A DNA stretch of 49,115 bases from Alphaproteobacteria bacterium (GCA_028821995.1 JAPKEQ010000003.1:1-49115); one strand, 5' to 3'. Numbered from the stretch's first letter, positions 1 to 10,373 are shown. Numbers and translations are program-made. The notes: generated from the letters alone by a model not told the origin.

Positions 1-88
1 GGTTCTGCTCAACCATATCTTCCTTATTGGAAGTATCAAGCTCATTTTCCAAGTCCTGTAAAGTTACAGGGGCTATTTTACTGGCCAT
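1..88 (-). CDS. Hypothetical protein, 5' part only (MASKIAPVTLQDLENELD...)
   Basis: ATG at 88 preceded by AAGGAG; frame open to the window edge; absent from ORF track. Confidence 0.55.
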   Translation of the reverse strand, partial: MASKIAPVTLQDLENELDTSNKEDMVEQN

Positions 89-222
89 TTCTGGCTCCTT
101 TTCGGGAAAATTTATAGATATGAGATACCCTATAGATAGGAGCACTTTTAGCCATTTTCAAGCCTGTAAAAAGAAAAACCCCCACATATATGCAGAGGAG
201 TTTCTATGCGATTGGTTCTACT

Positions 223-522
223 TTAGGAAAACCCATGAGTTGTTTTAAAGCGAAGCATTTGAGTGCGCGTCGCGCTATACAGCTTTTGCATTTTTTCCAG
301 ATGTCTTTGCACATGTAGATAAGACCGAGAGCCGGCTTCAAGTTTTTGCAAAATAACTTTAAGCTGCATAATGCCTTGCGTATACAAAGAAAGCGCCGTC
401 AAGTATGTGTTTAAGCGGCCCTGCCAAGAGCCTTGAAATTTTTGGACACGGGCTTTCACCTTGTCACAAACAGTATTCAAATGCTGTACCGTATCATAAG
501 TATTGGGGCTAGGAGCGATCAT
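223..522 (-). CDS. Orphan helical protein
   Basis: 99 aa ORF with pyrimidine leader, TGGAG SD and downstream hairpin at about 174-204. Confidence 0.6.
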   Translation of the reverse strand: MIAPSPNTYDTVQHLNTVCDKVKARVQKFQGSWQGRLNTYLTALSLYTQGIMQLKVILQKLEAGSRSYLHVQRHLEKMQKLYSATRTQMLRFKTTHGFS

Positions 523-606
523 GGTAGATCTCCAATAAAAGAGGAAAAGAAGATATTTAAGTCGTAGATATGCTGATCCTTTTCATATCTAAATGCAAGC
601 AGAAAT

Positions 607-639
607 AAAAAAAGAGCCATCATTCTGATGGGCTCTTTT
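607..639 (-). terminator. Intrinsic terminator preceded by AAACGA motif
   Basis: AAAGAGCCATCA-TTC-TGATGGGCTCTTT with T-run on minus strand. Confidence 0.75.
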
Positions 640-648
640 CTATTCGTT

Positions 649-843
649 TTACCTGACCATTCTGGTGCGGGCAATTCTGTCTGCAAGTTTCATTCTTTTC
701 AGCCTCAAGCGATAAATCACATTCACAAGAGAAGCATGAAACGTTGCTTCGTTAACGCTTAGTAGCTTTTCTAGGGCATTTGTTTTTTCCCACAAAGCAC
801 GGTACTCAGCTTCAACAGCAGACGAAAGTTGGATAGCAGCCAT
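649..843 (-). CDS. Small coiled-coil protein, possibly DUF465-like
   Basis: AAGGAGG SD before ATG 843; C-terminal RLRLKRMKLADRIAR resembles the DUF465 pattern. Confidence 0.55.
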   Translation of the reverse strand: MAAIQLSSAVEAEYRALWEKTNALEKLLSVNEATFHASLVNVIYRLRLKRMKLADRIARTRMVR

Positions 844-942
844 AAAGGCCTCCTTAAAAAACAGTAAAATTGGTGCCCCCACCAATGATTGTCCGTAAAT
901 TAAATTATTGGTCTGATTGATCTCCTTTTCAAGGGACAAAAG

Positions 943-966
943 AAACAGCCCCAAAGGGCTGTTTTT
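943..966 (-). terminator. Intrinsic terminator (ACAGCCC...GGGCTGT family)
   Basis: AAACAGCCCCAAAGGGCTGTTTTT; TCGA at 973. Confidence 0.75.
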
Positions 967-976
967 AAAAATTCGA

Positions 977-1375
977 TCAAATTTCTACTTTAAGGCCATG
1001 CCTGCGGCAAAACGCTTTAAGGTCAATCAGCATAGGTGCATGCATTGCTTTAAACCCCAAAAGAGATTCACGCACATAGCTCACTGCGCGCTTATCTTCC
1101 AGTGCTGGCAAAACTTTAACCTTTAGCCAACGAATGCATTCCGCAGAAACAGACACAGCGCTTTCCATGCTCGCTTTAATTTCCTCATTCATATTTGCCT
1201 TTTGTTGGTCGCTCATTTGGCCAGCAGATTCCCCTTCGGAAAACTCATAACCAATCAGCGAAACAGCTTGTTCAACAAGCCTTTCCAAACGGCGAACTTC
1301 ATTTTCAACAGCAACCAAATCAGGCAGCTGATTGCCATCGTCGTCAAGCATGGTAGATGGATGTTTAAGAGCCAT
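977..1375 (-). CDS. Orphan protein
   Basis: GGAGG SD and pyrimidine leader before ATG 1375 (MALKHP). Confidence 0.65.
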   Translation of the reverse strand: MALKHPSTMLDDDGNQLPDLVAVENEVRRLERLVEQAVSLIGYEFSEGESAGQMSDQQKANMNEEIKASMESAVSVSAECIRWLKVKVLPALEDKRAVSYVRESLLGFKAMHAPMLIDLKAFCRRHGLKVEI

Positions 1376-1459
1376 GACAAGGCCTCCCCAAAAAAAGAAA
1401 GATAGGTAGAGTATGCATTCAGTATAAGGATGTATACAGATCAATGCAATATATAATAA

Positions 1460-1798
1460 TTAAGCAAGCCTTGTGCCGAGCGGCAAAGCTTTATCTTCTA
1501 CATTGGCAAGAACCACATGGCCATCTGCATCATAAAAACCTGTAATGAGCACTTCAGACATGAAATCTGCAATTTGACGCGGTGCAAAGTTCGTAACGCA
1601 AATAACATAGCGCCCCAAAAGGTCTTGCTTAGTGTAATGGTGAGTAATCTGCGCGCTAGATTTTTTAATGCCAACCTCATCGCCAAAATCCACCCACACC
1701 TTATAGGCCGGGTTTCTTGCTTTCGGAAAATCCTGCACATCAATAACCTTACCGAGGCGCAGATCAACTTTCATAAAATCATCGAAGGAAATTGTCAT
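1460..1798 (-). CDS. csaA: CsaA tRNA-binding/secretion chaperone (OB fold)
   Basis: FDDFMKVDLRLG, PAYKVWVDFG, KKSSAQIT, NFAPRQIA, SEVLITG. Confidence 0.9.
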   Translation of the reverse strand: MTISFDDFMKVDLRLGKVIDVQDFPKARNPAYKVWVDFGDEVGIKKSSAQITHHYTKQDLLGRYVICVTNFAPRQIADFMSEVLITGFYDADGHVVLANVEDKALPLGTRLA

Positions 1799-1799
1799 C

Positions 1800-3254
1800 C
1801 TAGTTATGCAACTTATTGGCTTTACTTGGACCACGAGCGTAAGGGTTGGCCTTATTTGCATAAGGGTTTGCCTTTACGTTTCCGCGGAAAATAAGCTTAA
1901 ACGGAACACTTCCAAGGTCTAGCTCTTTACGCATCACGTTTTTAAGGTAGCGCTCATAACTTGCCAGCATAAGCTCTGGGCGGTTCATCCAAATGACAAA
2001 CGTTGCTGGATCAATTGCCACTTGGCTAATGAATTTTAGCTTGAGCATTTTACCGCTACGTAGTGGCGGTGGGTTAGCCTCAAGAGCCATTTCAAGTGTA
2101 CGGTTCAGCTTAGCTGTACCAATACGCTTTTTAGAAATTTCTGCCGCAAGAAGTACGCGAGGCAGTACCTTATCCACGCCTTTTTGTTTAAGGGCAGAAA
2201 TAGTAAGGAAAGGAAGTTCTTTTACTTGGTGGAAGCCGTAGAATAGATCTTCTATCAGCTCTTCTTTAAGTTTTTGGCGCTCTTCGTTTTTGATCAAGTC
2301 CCATTTGTTAATAACAACCACAAGCGGGCGGCCATCTTTAGTTACTTTTTCAGCAATCTGAATATCTTGTTTTTCAAGTGGTTGCTGCGCGTCAATCATC
2401 AGTACAACAACGTCTGCTTTACCAATTGTCACAAGTGCATCTGCTGCACTTTTCTGCTCTAGTTCTTCGGTAATTTTTGCACGTTTACGAAGCCCTGGCG
2501 TGTCCACAAGCTCAATAATACGTCCGCCGTCGAGTTCATAAAGCGTCCCTACGCTTTCACGCGTGAGGCCAGCCATATCTCCAGCAAGCATACGCTCATC
2601 ACCAAGAATTGTGTTAATGAGAGTAGATTTACCTGCATTGGGGCGGCCAACAATAGCAAGCTTAAGAGAAGATATGTCGTTTGGGCCACGGTTATCTGCA
2701 CCGAGAGCTTCGTTTGCTTTATCTGCTTCTTCAATCACTTCTATAGGCTCTACTTTAACCTCTTCTGGGATGTAATGCTTTTCAACAAAATCAGCAATAT
2801 CATCAAAGCCAATTGCGTGTTCTGCAGCAAGCATTACAGGCTCGCCAAAACCAAGGCTCCATGCTTCCATTGCATTATCATGAGCGTCGCGTGTATCAGC
2901 TTTGTTTACAAGAAGAAGAACGGGCTTTTTAAGCTTACGTAGAAGCCCTGCAACGTACTCATCTTCCGCTGTCAGCCCTTCCCTACCATCAATCATGAAA
3001 AGAATCACATCAGCGCCTTCGGCTGCTCTTTCTGCAATTTTGTTCATATCGCCAGCAATACCCGTTGCGCGGCCTTCAAGGCCGGCTGTATCTACAATTG
3101 TGCAAGGCAGGCCCGCAATGCTGCATGAACCTTCACGGCTATCGCGCGTTACGCCCGGTACAGGTGCAACCATGGCACGCACACGGCGTGTCAGCTTGTT
3201 AAACAGCGTTGATTTTCCAACATTAGGGCGACCAGCAAGGGCAATTGTAAACAT
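1800..3254 (-). CDS. der: Ribosome biogenesis GTPase Der (EngA)
   Basis: Two G domains: GRPNVGKST/DTAG/NKAD and GRPNAGKST/DTPG/NKWD. Confidence 0.97.
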   Translation of the reverse strand: MFTIALAGRPNVGKSTLFNKLTRRVRAMVAPVPGVTRDSREGSCSIAGLPCTIVDTAGLEGRATGIAGDMNKIAERAAEGADVILFMIDGREGLTAEDEYVAGLLRKLKKPVLLLVNKADTRDAHDNAMEAWSLGFGEPVMLAAEHAIGFDDIADFVEKHYIPEEVKVEPIEVIEEADKANEALGADNRGPNDISSLKLAIVGRPNAGKSTLINTILGDERMLAGDMAGLTRESVGTLYELDGGRIIELVDTPGLRKRAKITEELEQKSAADALVTIGKADVVVLMIDAQQPLEKQDIQIAEKVTKDGRPLVVVINKWDLIKNEERQKLKEELIEDLFYGFHQVKELPFLTISALKQKGVDKVLPRVLLAAEISKKRIGTAKLNRTLEMALEANPPPLRSGKMLKLKFISQVAIDPATFVIWMNRPELMLASYERYLKNVMRKELDLGSVPFKLIFRGNVKANPYANKANPYARGPSKANKLHN

Positions 3255-3337
3255 AAGATATTCTCTTTAAATTATTTGGTAGTGTATACATACAGGAATA
3301 TAAGGGGTTGAGCAAGAAGAAACAACTGAGATATTCA

Positions 3338-3385
3338 CCTATACAAGCAGGAGTGCAGCCACCCAAAACCTTAGGAGCTTTAAAC
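3338..3385. repeat. Partial copy of the dispersed structured repeat
   Basis: CCTATACAAGC...CCAAAACCTTAGGAGCTTT resembles 24701-24750. Confidence 0.4.
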
Positions 3386-3406
3386 CAAGACAGTCGCTTG
3401 CCAAAA

Positions 3407-3440
3407 ATTTAAGAGCGGCCATAAAATGACCGCTCTTAAA
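3407..3440 (-). terminator. Hairpin after bamB, without AANCGA motif
   Basis: TTTAAGAGCGGCCAT-AAA-ATGACCGCTCTTAAA. Confidence 0.6.
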
Positions 3441-3461
3441 GCTCCAAAGCAAGAAGCCTTG

Positions 3462-4772
3462 CTATCTATAAGCAATAATCTCTGCGTCATCACTCATAAA
3501 GTAAAGCGTCCCGCCAGCTGCAATTGGTGCAAGGCTGATTGGATCTTTAAGGTTTGAGATACGTACAGGCTCGCCGCTTTTCGGATTAACAGAAACAGCG
3601 TAACCGTTGTTAGATACAACAATCAAACGTCCGCCAGCAAAGAGTGGACCGCTCCAGAAGCTTGTCTGTTCGCGTGCGCCTTTTGGTACAAGCGAAGTAA
3701 GCTCGCGTACCCAGCGTACACGGCCGTCAATACGGTGTACGTTTACAAGTTTGTTATCAGATGTCACGATGAAAATTGCGTTACCAGCAACCCAAGGCAT
3801 TTGAACAGCGCTGAGCTTGCGCTCCCAATATCTACGTCCTGATTTAAGGTCAAATACACTGAGCCAGCCATTATTATTTACAACATGTACCATGCCGCTT
3901 GCAATAACAGGCGTACCTTCAATATCTACAAGGTTAGCAAGTGGGTCAAAGCTGTTATCTGATGATAAAGCGTTGTGCCATAGGTAACGGCCATTTTTTG
4001 AGTTCAATGCATAAATTTCACCGCTAGAATAAGGCACAATAGAAACATCTTCATCTACAGCAGGAGGCGCGCCGCCCATAAGTGCAAGCGCTTCTTCTAG
4101 GCCTGAGTGAAGCCAGATTGTTTTACCTGTATTTTTATCAAGCGCAAATAAACGGTTATTGTGGCTCACCACGTAAACATGGTCGCCTTGAAGCGCAGGA
4201 GATGCGCGAAGTGGCATACCTAGGTTTTCTTTCCAGGCAAGTTCACCCGTTTTAGCGTTAAGAGCAAAAACATCGCCGCTTCCTGTTGTGATGTACACAT
4301 GTGTGTTGTTCACAGCAAGTCCGCCGCTGTAGCTTTCCAGCTCTTTCTCACGAATTTCTAGTTTTTCTTTCCAGATCTTTTTACCTGTTTTTGCATTAAG
4401 AGCAATCACTTCTCCGCAGCTATTCATCGCATAAACAGTTTCTGCGTAAACAACTGGTGGATTTAAAATAAGACCTGTTTTTGCCATGCCGCAGCCAATA
4501 CGCTCACGCCATGCTTCTTCAACATGCTCTGGCAATGCCACGTGCGTTGGACGGTGATGAGAAAAACCACCAACCTGTGCCCATGTTTGCAGAGGAATTT
4601 GCTCCGGCAAAAGAAGCGGTACATTGTAAAGATCTGTATCAGGTACAAGATCACTACTGCTTACAAGAACGTCTACGCGCTCCCCCTGCAAAGGAGGTGT
4701 TTTGTCACCGCCACAAGCAGTTAAAGCCAAAAGGCATACGCTTAAAGCGAAAGATTTTTTTAAGTTCAACAT
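3462..4772 (-). CDS. bamB: BamB-like PQQ beta-propeller lipoprotein
   Basis: Lipobox LTAC; repeated ALNAKTG..W propeller blades; between yfgM-like gene and der. Confidence 0.9.
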   Translation of the reverse strand: MLNLKKSFALSVCLLALTACGGDKTPPLQGERVDVLVSSSDLVPDTDLYNVPLLLPEQIPLQTWAQVGGFSHHRPTHVALPEHVEEAWRERIGCGMAKTGLILNPPVVYAETVYAMNSCGEVIALNAKTGKKIWKEKLEIREKELESYSGGLAVNNTHVYITTGSGDVFALNAKTGELAWKENLGMPLRASPALQGDHVYVVSHNNRLFALDKNTGKTIWLHSGLEEALALMGGAPPAVDEDVSIVPYSSGEIYALNSKNGRYLWHNALSSDNSFDPLANLVDIEGTPVIASGMVHVVNNNGWLSVFDLKSGRRYWERKLSAVQMPWVAGNAIFIVTSDNKLVNVHRIDGRVRWVRELTSLVPKGAREQTSFWSGPLFAGGRLIVVSNNGYAVSVNPKSGEPVRISNLKDPISLAPIAAGGTLYFMSDDAEIIAYR

Positions 4773-4776
4773 AAAA

Positions 4777-5421
4777 TTATAGCCCTGCTTCTTCACGTAG
4801 AATTGTCAGCTGCGTTGTTGCGCGCTGAAGTGCATTAGGAGAAGCCAGATCGTCTCCACTGTTTACAATCGCTTGGAAGTAATCAAATGCTTCAGAAGTT
4901 TTACCTTCTGACATTGCAATATCAGCAAGTGCTTCAAGTGAGCTAACACGGTATGTGCTACCCACGGCGCTTAGCTCAACGTAAAGAGCCTGAGCTGCAG
5001 GAATGTTTGTGTAACGCGTTGCTGTTGCTTCGTAAAACTTAGCAAGTTCTTTAAATTCTTTAGGGAGGCCTTTACCTTGAATGCTCGCAAAAACGCCTGC
5101 AGCTGTTTCATAGTCACCTGCGTTTAGCGCTTCTTCGCCAAGCTTAAAGCTCGCAAGCATGCCAAAACCACTTGCAGATGTTTCTTCAAGGCTTTTTAGA
5201 GAGTCTGTGTTGAGCTCTGTGCCAGATATACTCTGCCAGTAAGTTGCCGCTTCTTTATGAAGCTGAACTTCTGTGTAGTTTGAGTAGCCCTTAACACCGA
5301 TTACACTAGCAAATAAAAGGCCGACAGCACCAAAAATGTGAAGCTTATGCTTTTTCCACAAAGTTTCCATGCGCTCTGCATGCATGTGTTCATCAACTTC
5401 ACGAAGAAATTCATTTGTCAT
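4777..5421 (-). CDS. YfgM-like TPR membrane protein
   Basis: EFLREVDE..W, single TM, helical repeats, synteny with bamB-der. Confidence 0.8.
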   Translation of the reverse strand: MTNEFLREVDEHMHAERMETLWKKHKLHIFGAVGLLFASVIGVKGYSNYTEVQLHKEAATYWQSISGTELNTDSLKSLEETSASGFGMLASFKLGEEALNAGDYETAAGVFASIQGKGLPKEFKELAKFYEATATRYTNIPAAQALYVELSAVGSTYRVSSLEALADIAMSEGKTSEAFDYFQAIVNSGDDLASPNALQRATTQLTILREEAGL

Positions 5422-5659
5422 AGGTATTTGCCCCTTTATTAATAGCCTTGTTTGAATAGGCTTTTTCTTAGTTTTTAAACCTGTAGAAAGTTTTAACATG
5501 ATATGCAGGATCTTTGAAAGTATTTTGTGGCGAGACACTCTCTAAACTTCGCATGTTTGCATAAGTGCCTTGCACATACTGTATGAGGTTTCTATGAGCG
5601 CTTTATTTATATCTTGGTGGGGGCCCTCCAACCACTCGATGCTTCATAATCGCATGCGA

Positions 5660-5824
5660 AGCGAATAGCTGAGCCGCAGATCTAAGGGGCTGCGGCGGCA
5701 AAAAAGAAATCTTTTGGGATTGCTGGCAAGACCAAAAGGCTAAAAACCTTTTTTGCCAAGAAAATACACGGCGGTAGATTTAAATTTTGAAATTTTACAT
5801 TTCTAAACTTAAAGATAGAGAGCC
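5660..5824. repeat. Dispersed structured repeat (MITE/REPIN-like), copy A
   Basis: Nested stems GGCAAAAAA..CTTTTGG..TTGCTGGCAA..CCAAAAG..TTTTTTGCC; homologous to 24701-24878. Confidence 0.7.
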
Positions 5825-5829
5825 GTGCT

Positions 5830-6489
5830 TTACTTCGGCTGGAAGTTCTGCGCGAAAATGAAAATCTCTTTCGAATCCTTACGGCTGGCTTCTGGCTTAA
5901 AGAAACGTACGGTTTGAAAATGCTCTCTCAGGCTGTCTCTAAAGGCCGCCTCTTCACCGCCTTGGAAAAGTTTACAGTAGAACCAAGCGCCTGGACGCAT
6001 TGTTTTAAGCGCAAAATCCAGCGCCATTTCTGCAAGCATCATAATTTTAAGGTGATCCTGCCCGCCATGGCCTGATGTTTCTGGCGCAATATCACTAAGT
6101 ACGCCATCTACCCCTTTAGGACACATCTCAAGAAACTCTTCGTAAACTTCATCTTTTGTAAAGTCTCCTTGAAGAAAGGTCATGCCTTCTACACGATCGA
6201 CCGGAATCTTATCAAGTGAAAAAATTTGCCCGCCTGGTGATACGCGTTGCGCTGCAGCTTGGCTCCAGCTCCCTGGTGCGGCCCCAAGGTCAATAATCAT
6301 TTGGCCTGGCTTAAGGAGGCCATATTTTTCATCAGCTTCAAGCAGCTTAAATACAGCGCGAGAACGGTAACCCAATTTGCGGGCAGCAGTCACGTAATGA
6401 TCACTTTCTTGGCGATCTAGGTAACGACGAGACGATACACTGACATTTTTCTTGCCAATCCAAGCGCCTTTTTTAACAGGTTTTTTCAT
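5830..6489 (-). CDS. rlmE: 23S rRNA Um2552 methyltransferase RlmE
   Basis: GYRSRAVFKL, DLGAAPGSWSQ, SDIAP, KPEASRKDSKE. Confidence 0.95.
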   Translation of the reverse strand: MKKPVKKGAWIGKKNVSVSSRRYLDRQESDHYVTAARKLGYRSRAVFKLLEADEKYGLLKPGQMIIDLGAAPGSWSQAAAQRVSPGGQIFSLDKIPVDRVEGMTFLQGDFTKDEVYEEFLEMCPKGVDGVLSDIAPETSGHGGQDHLKIMMLAEMALDFALKTMRPGAWFYCKLFQGGEEAAFRDSLREHFQTVRFFKPEASRKDSKEIFIFAQNFQPK

Positions 6490-6565
6490 AGGTTCTCTCT
6501 CTTTGCGACGTTTCGCATTTTTAGCGGAATACTTGTGTGATATTAACTATATAGGGAAGGTTGAT

Positions 6566-7525
6566 CTAAGCTGCAAGCCCCACACCTTCGCCAGAGGCTG
6601 CGCTGAGGAGTAACCCGCGCCCAAGGCCGCCAGCGCCAAGTGTAAAGCCTTCTACCCCAACAATATCAATAATCACTTTCATAATAAGTGCAGCTGGGGT
6701 TACAAGATGCGCGCTTTTTTCATAAATATAATTATGGTCGCGGCGGCGATCAGGGCCAAGATCAACGTAGCGCTCAAATACGTTTTCAATGTCTTCTTTG
6801 GTTGTCCAGCGGCCTTCTAGGCTCACCATTTGTTCCAGTTCTGTTTTGGTAAGATAGCGAATCACAAACATAGGTGCGCCCGCAATCAGCAGAGATGTCT
6901 TTTTGGTGAACTGGCTTTGCCACTCGCTCAGCTCTTCTTCTAAAGTAGAACGAATTTCTTTTTCTAGTTTTTCAATTTCTGAAGGCTCAATGAAATCTTG
7001 CTCAAATAGCTCTGCGTAAGTGGCTGCGCCAAACTTAAAGCCACGCATCTCTCTCACCTGGCCGCCTTTTTCTAGCAGTGCAAACTCATTACTCCCTGCC
7101 CCAGACTCTACAAACACAGTCAGATCAGCCGCAGGATCAATCAGTTTCCGGTTCCCTTTAAGGGCAATTTCAACTTCTTCCATATGGCCAAGCTGGTGAA
7201 TATTTAAACCTGATTCCATTTTAAGCGCTTCAAGTAAATCCTGTGCGCCTTCTGAATGTCCAATAACAGACGTTGCGGCCACACGGGCGCGCTTCACGCC
7301 GTAAGTGACCATTGTGCGCTGTGCATGCCCCATCCAATGGGCCAGATCATCCACATGCTGCTCATCAAAACGTGTGCCGTGCACAAGGTCGCCTGCAAGG
7401 CCATGTACGTAAGAATCCTCAAAACGTACATCAACAACGCCATCGTGGCTCACATGGCCAATAACCAAACGCGCCGTTGACGTGCCAAGCTCTAGACCTG
7501 CATAGATATCCCCAGTATCAATCAT
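6566..7525 (-). CDS. Ppx/GppA family phosphatase (divergent)
   Basis: ELGTSTARL, AATS, ESGAGSNE, GLGRGLL; adjacent to rlmE as in many alphaproteobacteria. Confidence 0.75.
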   Translation of the reverse strand: MIDTGDIYAGLELGTSTARLVIGHVSHDGVVDVRFEDSYVHGLAGDLVHGTRFDEQHVDDLAHWMGHAQRTMVTYGVKRARVAATSVIGHSEGAQDLLEALKMESGLNIHQLGHMEEVEIALKGNRKLIDPAADLTVFVESGAGSNEFALLEKGGQVREMRGFKFGAATYAELFEQDFIEPSEIEKLEKEIRSTLEEELSEWQSQFTKKTSLLIAGAPMFVIRYLTKTELEQMVSLEGRWTTKEDIENVFERYVDLGPDRRRDHNYIYEKSAHLVTPAALIMKVIIDIVGVEGFTLGAGGLGRGLLLSAASGEGVGLAA

Positions 7526-7541
7526 AAGCGCCCTGTTTCCC

Positions 7542-8864
7542 TTACGTGTTCTTAATTTTCATGGCCGCACGGCGCATGGCTGTAAATGTCATATCTAAAA
7601 TAGCGTCATCATGGCAGGTGCCAAAGAACCAAGTCTCATACGCAGATGGCGGCAGGTAAACACCTTCATCTAGCATGGCATGGAAGAATTTTTTAAACAT
7701 CTCAATATCTGTATTTTGAACGTCCTCAAATGTGTATGGCAGCTCTTCGCTAAAGTAGATGCTGAACATGCTTCCTACGCGGTGCGTGCGAATGGGAATA
7801 CCAATATCTGAAAATATTTCTTCGCTTCCTTTCTGAAGCTTAGCACCTGTAACTTCAAGTTTTGCATAAACTTCAGGTGTAAGCTGCGCCACGGTGGCAA
7901 TACCTGCTGAAACAGCAAGCGGATTGCCTGAAAGCGTGCCCGCTTGATAGACATCTCCAATAGGGCTCAGCCTATCCATAATTTCAGATCTACCGCCGTA
8001 TGCCGCAAGCGGAAGACCGCCGCCAATCACCTTACCAAAGCATGATAGATCCGGCTCAACGCCAAGAAGCCCTTGGGCGCTGGACATATCGAGTCTAAAC
8101 CCTGTCATCACTTCATCAAAAATAAGAAGCGTACCGTGCTTTGTGCAAAGCTCACGGAGAGTTTTAAGATAGCCGTCCTTAGGAGGAATACAGCCCATAT
8201 TGCCTGCTACAGGTTCAAGAATCACACAAGCAAGGTCTTCCCCATGTTCATAAAAAGCTTTTTCTAAGGCGGCAACATCGTTAAATGGTGCAACGCAAGT
8301 GAGTTCAGCCAGTGCTTTAGGTACGCCTGCACTAGATGGTGAACCATGCGTAATAAGGCCGCTACCTGCTTCAACAAGAAGGCTATCGCCGTGGCCATGG
8401 TAGTGCCCTGCAAATTTAAGAATTTTATCACGTCCTGTATAGCCGCGCGCAAGACGAATGGCGCTCATAGTGGCTTCTGTACCAGAATTAACTAAACGTA
8501 CTTTTTCAATAGATGTATGGCGCTCTGCAATAAAGTCAGCAAGTGCTGTTTCGCGGTCAGTTGGTGCACCAAAAGAGGTTCCCACTTCCATGACGTTTTT
8601 AACAGCTTCAATCACGCGCGCATCTGCATGGCCTAAAATCATAGGTCCCCAACTGCCGATATAATCTACATACTGGTTGCCGTCCATATCTTGAAGAGCT
8701 GCGCCATCTGCGCCTGCCATAAATACTGGGGTTCCGCCAACGCCGCCAAAGGCACGTACGGGAGAGTTCACACCGCCAGGAATAAGCTTTAAAGCCCTAT
8801 CAAACAACTGCTTAGAAAGCGCGTAACGATCCTGTTTAACATCCACTGTATATGTATTTTGCAT
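7542..8864 (-). CDS. hemL: Glutamate-1-semialdehyde 2,1-aminomutase
   Basis: PGGVNSPVRAF, NSGTEATMSAIRLARG, FDEVMTGFR, GKVIGGGLP, YQAGTLSGNP. Confidence 0.97.
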   Translation of the reverse strand: MQNTYTVDVKQDRYALSKQLFDRALKLIPGGVNSPVRAFGGVGGTPVFMAGADGAALQDMDGNQYVDYIGSWGPMILGHADARVIEAVKNVMEVGTSFGAPTDRETALADFIAERHTSIEKVRLVNSGTEATMSAIRLARGYTGRDKILKFAGHYHGHGDSLLVEAGSGLITHGSPSSAGVPKALAELTCVAPFNDVAALEKAFYEHGEDLACVILEPVAGNMGCIPPKDGYLKTLRELCTKHGTLLIFDEVMTGFRLDMSSAQGLLGVEPDLSCFGKVIGGGLPLAAYGGRSEIMDRLSPIGDVYQAGTLSGNPLAVSAGIATVAQLTPEVYAKLEVTGAKLQKGSEEIFSDIGIPIRTHRVGSMFSIYFSEELPYTFEDVQNTDIEMFKKFFHAMLDEGVYLPPSAYETWFFGTCHDDAILDMTFTAMRRAAMKIKNT

Positions 8865-9015
8865 TGTGATTTATTCCTCTCAGCTTCCCTATAATCTACC
8901 AAGTATAGCGCAGTGTTGCTAAAGGGCAATGGTAGAGGTCTTTTTTTCTGCGCCCCTCAGACTATAATGATGCACAGTTGCATCAAAAATGCCCCACCTG
9001 TGATATTGTTATCTA

Positions 9016-9975
9016 ATGGCTGTGATACATAACATTTTAGATACCAAAATTAAGGCAGAAGTAGAGATGCTCTACAGCCTTACGGTAAACTCTATTGCCC
9101 CCATTGCTGAGGGCAGTGAAAATTCAAATTATTTGCTTCTCACAAGTGAGGGAGAGTTTGTACTTACCCTATTTGCAGAAGGACAAACCGCGCAGGACAT
9201 TGAACCGCGCACGCACATTTTGCCTTTCCTTGCGCTGAACGGCCTTGCGGTGCCCGCTATTGTACCTGCGGCAGATGGCGCATACCTGAACACGATTGAC
9301 GGCGAACTGGCTGTACTTCAGCCCAAGCTTATTGGCCACCATATTACAGAAGATGATATTCAAAAAGAGCACGTACGCGCGCTAGCGACTCACCTCGCCA
9401 TGCAGCACTGCGTACCTGTACCAGAAGATATGATGAGCCTGTCTCATGAGTATCGTCCGCTGGCGATGGAAGAGTATATTAAAAAGATTGAAGCCTCTGG
9501 CAGCACTGAAAAAGAAGCTATTACAGCGGCAAAAGTCTCTCTCGCTAAAATGAAGAACGCGACGTTTAAATCTCCCACCGCCATTTGCCACGCGGACCTT
9601 TTCCCCGATAACACACTCTTTTCTAACGGCACAACACTTACGGGCGTGATTGATTGGTGGATGGCCTGCCCGCTCCCTTGCTTGCTTGACCTGGCCATTG
9701 TTGCTAATGCTTGGTGCTGGGATAATGAAGCAGGTGAACCACATGTAATTTTTATGGATGCGCTAGAAGACACATACCGCGTACTGAGCATGTTGCCATA
9801 TGATTTATGGAAAGAAGAATGGCCGCTACTGCTTGAGTTTGCCGCTCTTATTTTTGTGGTTATGCGCCTGCGCAATCCGCTGCTTGGTAAACCACAAGAG
9901 GTCATTGATGCAAAGCCCGTTGGCCCCTGGCTAGAGCGCCTGCTCTACTGGCAAAAACATAACGCGAGCCTTTAA
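9016..9975 (+). CDS. thrB: Homoserine kinase type II (APH-like)
   Basis: IAEGSENSNY, HADLFPDN, GVIDW, DLAIVANAWC. Confidence 0.8.
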   Translation: MAVIHNILDTKIKAEVEMLYSLTVNSIAPIAEGSENSNYLLLTSEGEFVLTLFAEGQTAQDIEPRTHILPFLALNGLAVPAIVPAADGAYLNTIDGELAVLQPKLIGHHITEDDIQKEHVRALATHLAMQHCVPVPEDMMSLSHEYRPLAMEEYIKKIEASGSTEKEAITAAKVSLAKMKNATFKSPTAICHADLFPDNTLFSNGTTLTGVIDWWMACPLPCLLDLAIVANAWCWDNEAGEPHVIFMDALEDTYRVLSMLPYDLWKEEWPLLLEFAALIFVVMRLRNPLLGKPQEVIDAKPVGPWLERLLYWQKHNASL

Positions 9976-9980
9976 CATAC

Positions 9981-10006
9981 AAAAACAGCCCCGAAGGGCT
10001 GTTTTT
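9981..10006. terminator. Bidirectional terminator, identical to 10792-10817
   Basis: AAAAACAGCCCCGAAGGGCTGTTTTT; TCGA at 10011 on the orphan side. Confidence 0.85.
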
Positions 10007-10259
10007 ATTTTCGATATATAAACCATAAGGCTATATTCAGGCCAAAGTAACCAAGGCCGCCGCCTATAATCACAATTAAATAATTTGGCAGACCGCCAAG
10101 TACATAAGCTGCCAAAGCATAAGTGGGAATACACAAGACATAGCCAAGTGCAAAAGCTAGCGCCTTATGCTTAATGTTACAAAGGCGCACAATCCATATT
10201 TCGATGCCCAATGCGAGGGCACCAGCTGCAAAGAATGCAACAAAAGCAAGTATAGCCAT
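10005..10259 (-). CDS. Small orphan membrane protein
   Basis: Three hydrophobic segments; pyrimidine leader; terminator. Confidence 0.65.
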   Translation of the reverse strand: MAILAFVAFFAAGALALGIEIWIVRLCNIKHKALAFALGYVLCIPTYALAAYVLGGLPNYLIVIIGGGLGYFGLNIALWFIYRK

Positions 10260-10373
10260 AATAGGCCCCCTTCAGGATAGAAAAAAGAATAGAAGATGAT
10301 TGATTTAACTAGGTTATAGTAAGGCTTGAGTTACCTTTCAAGCAAAACCTATAAAAATATGAGTTTATATGAG

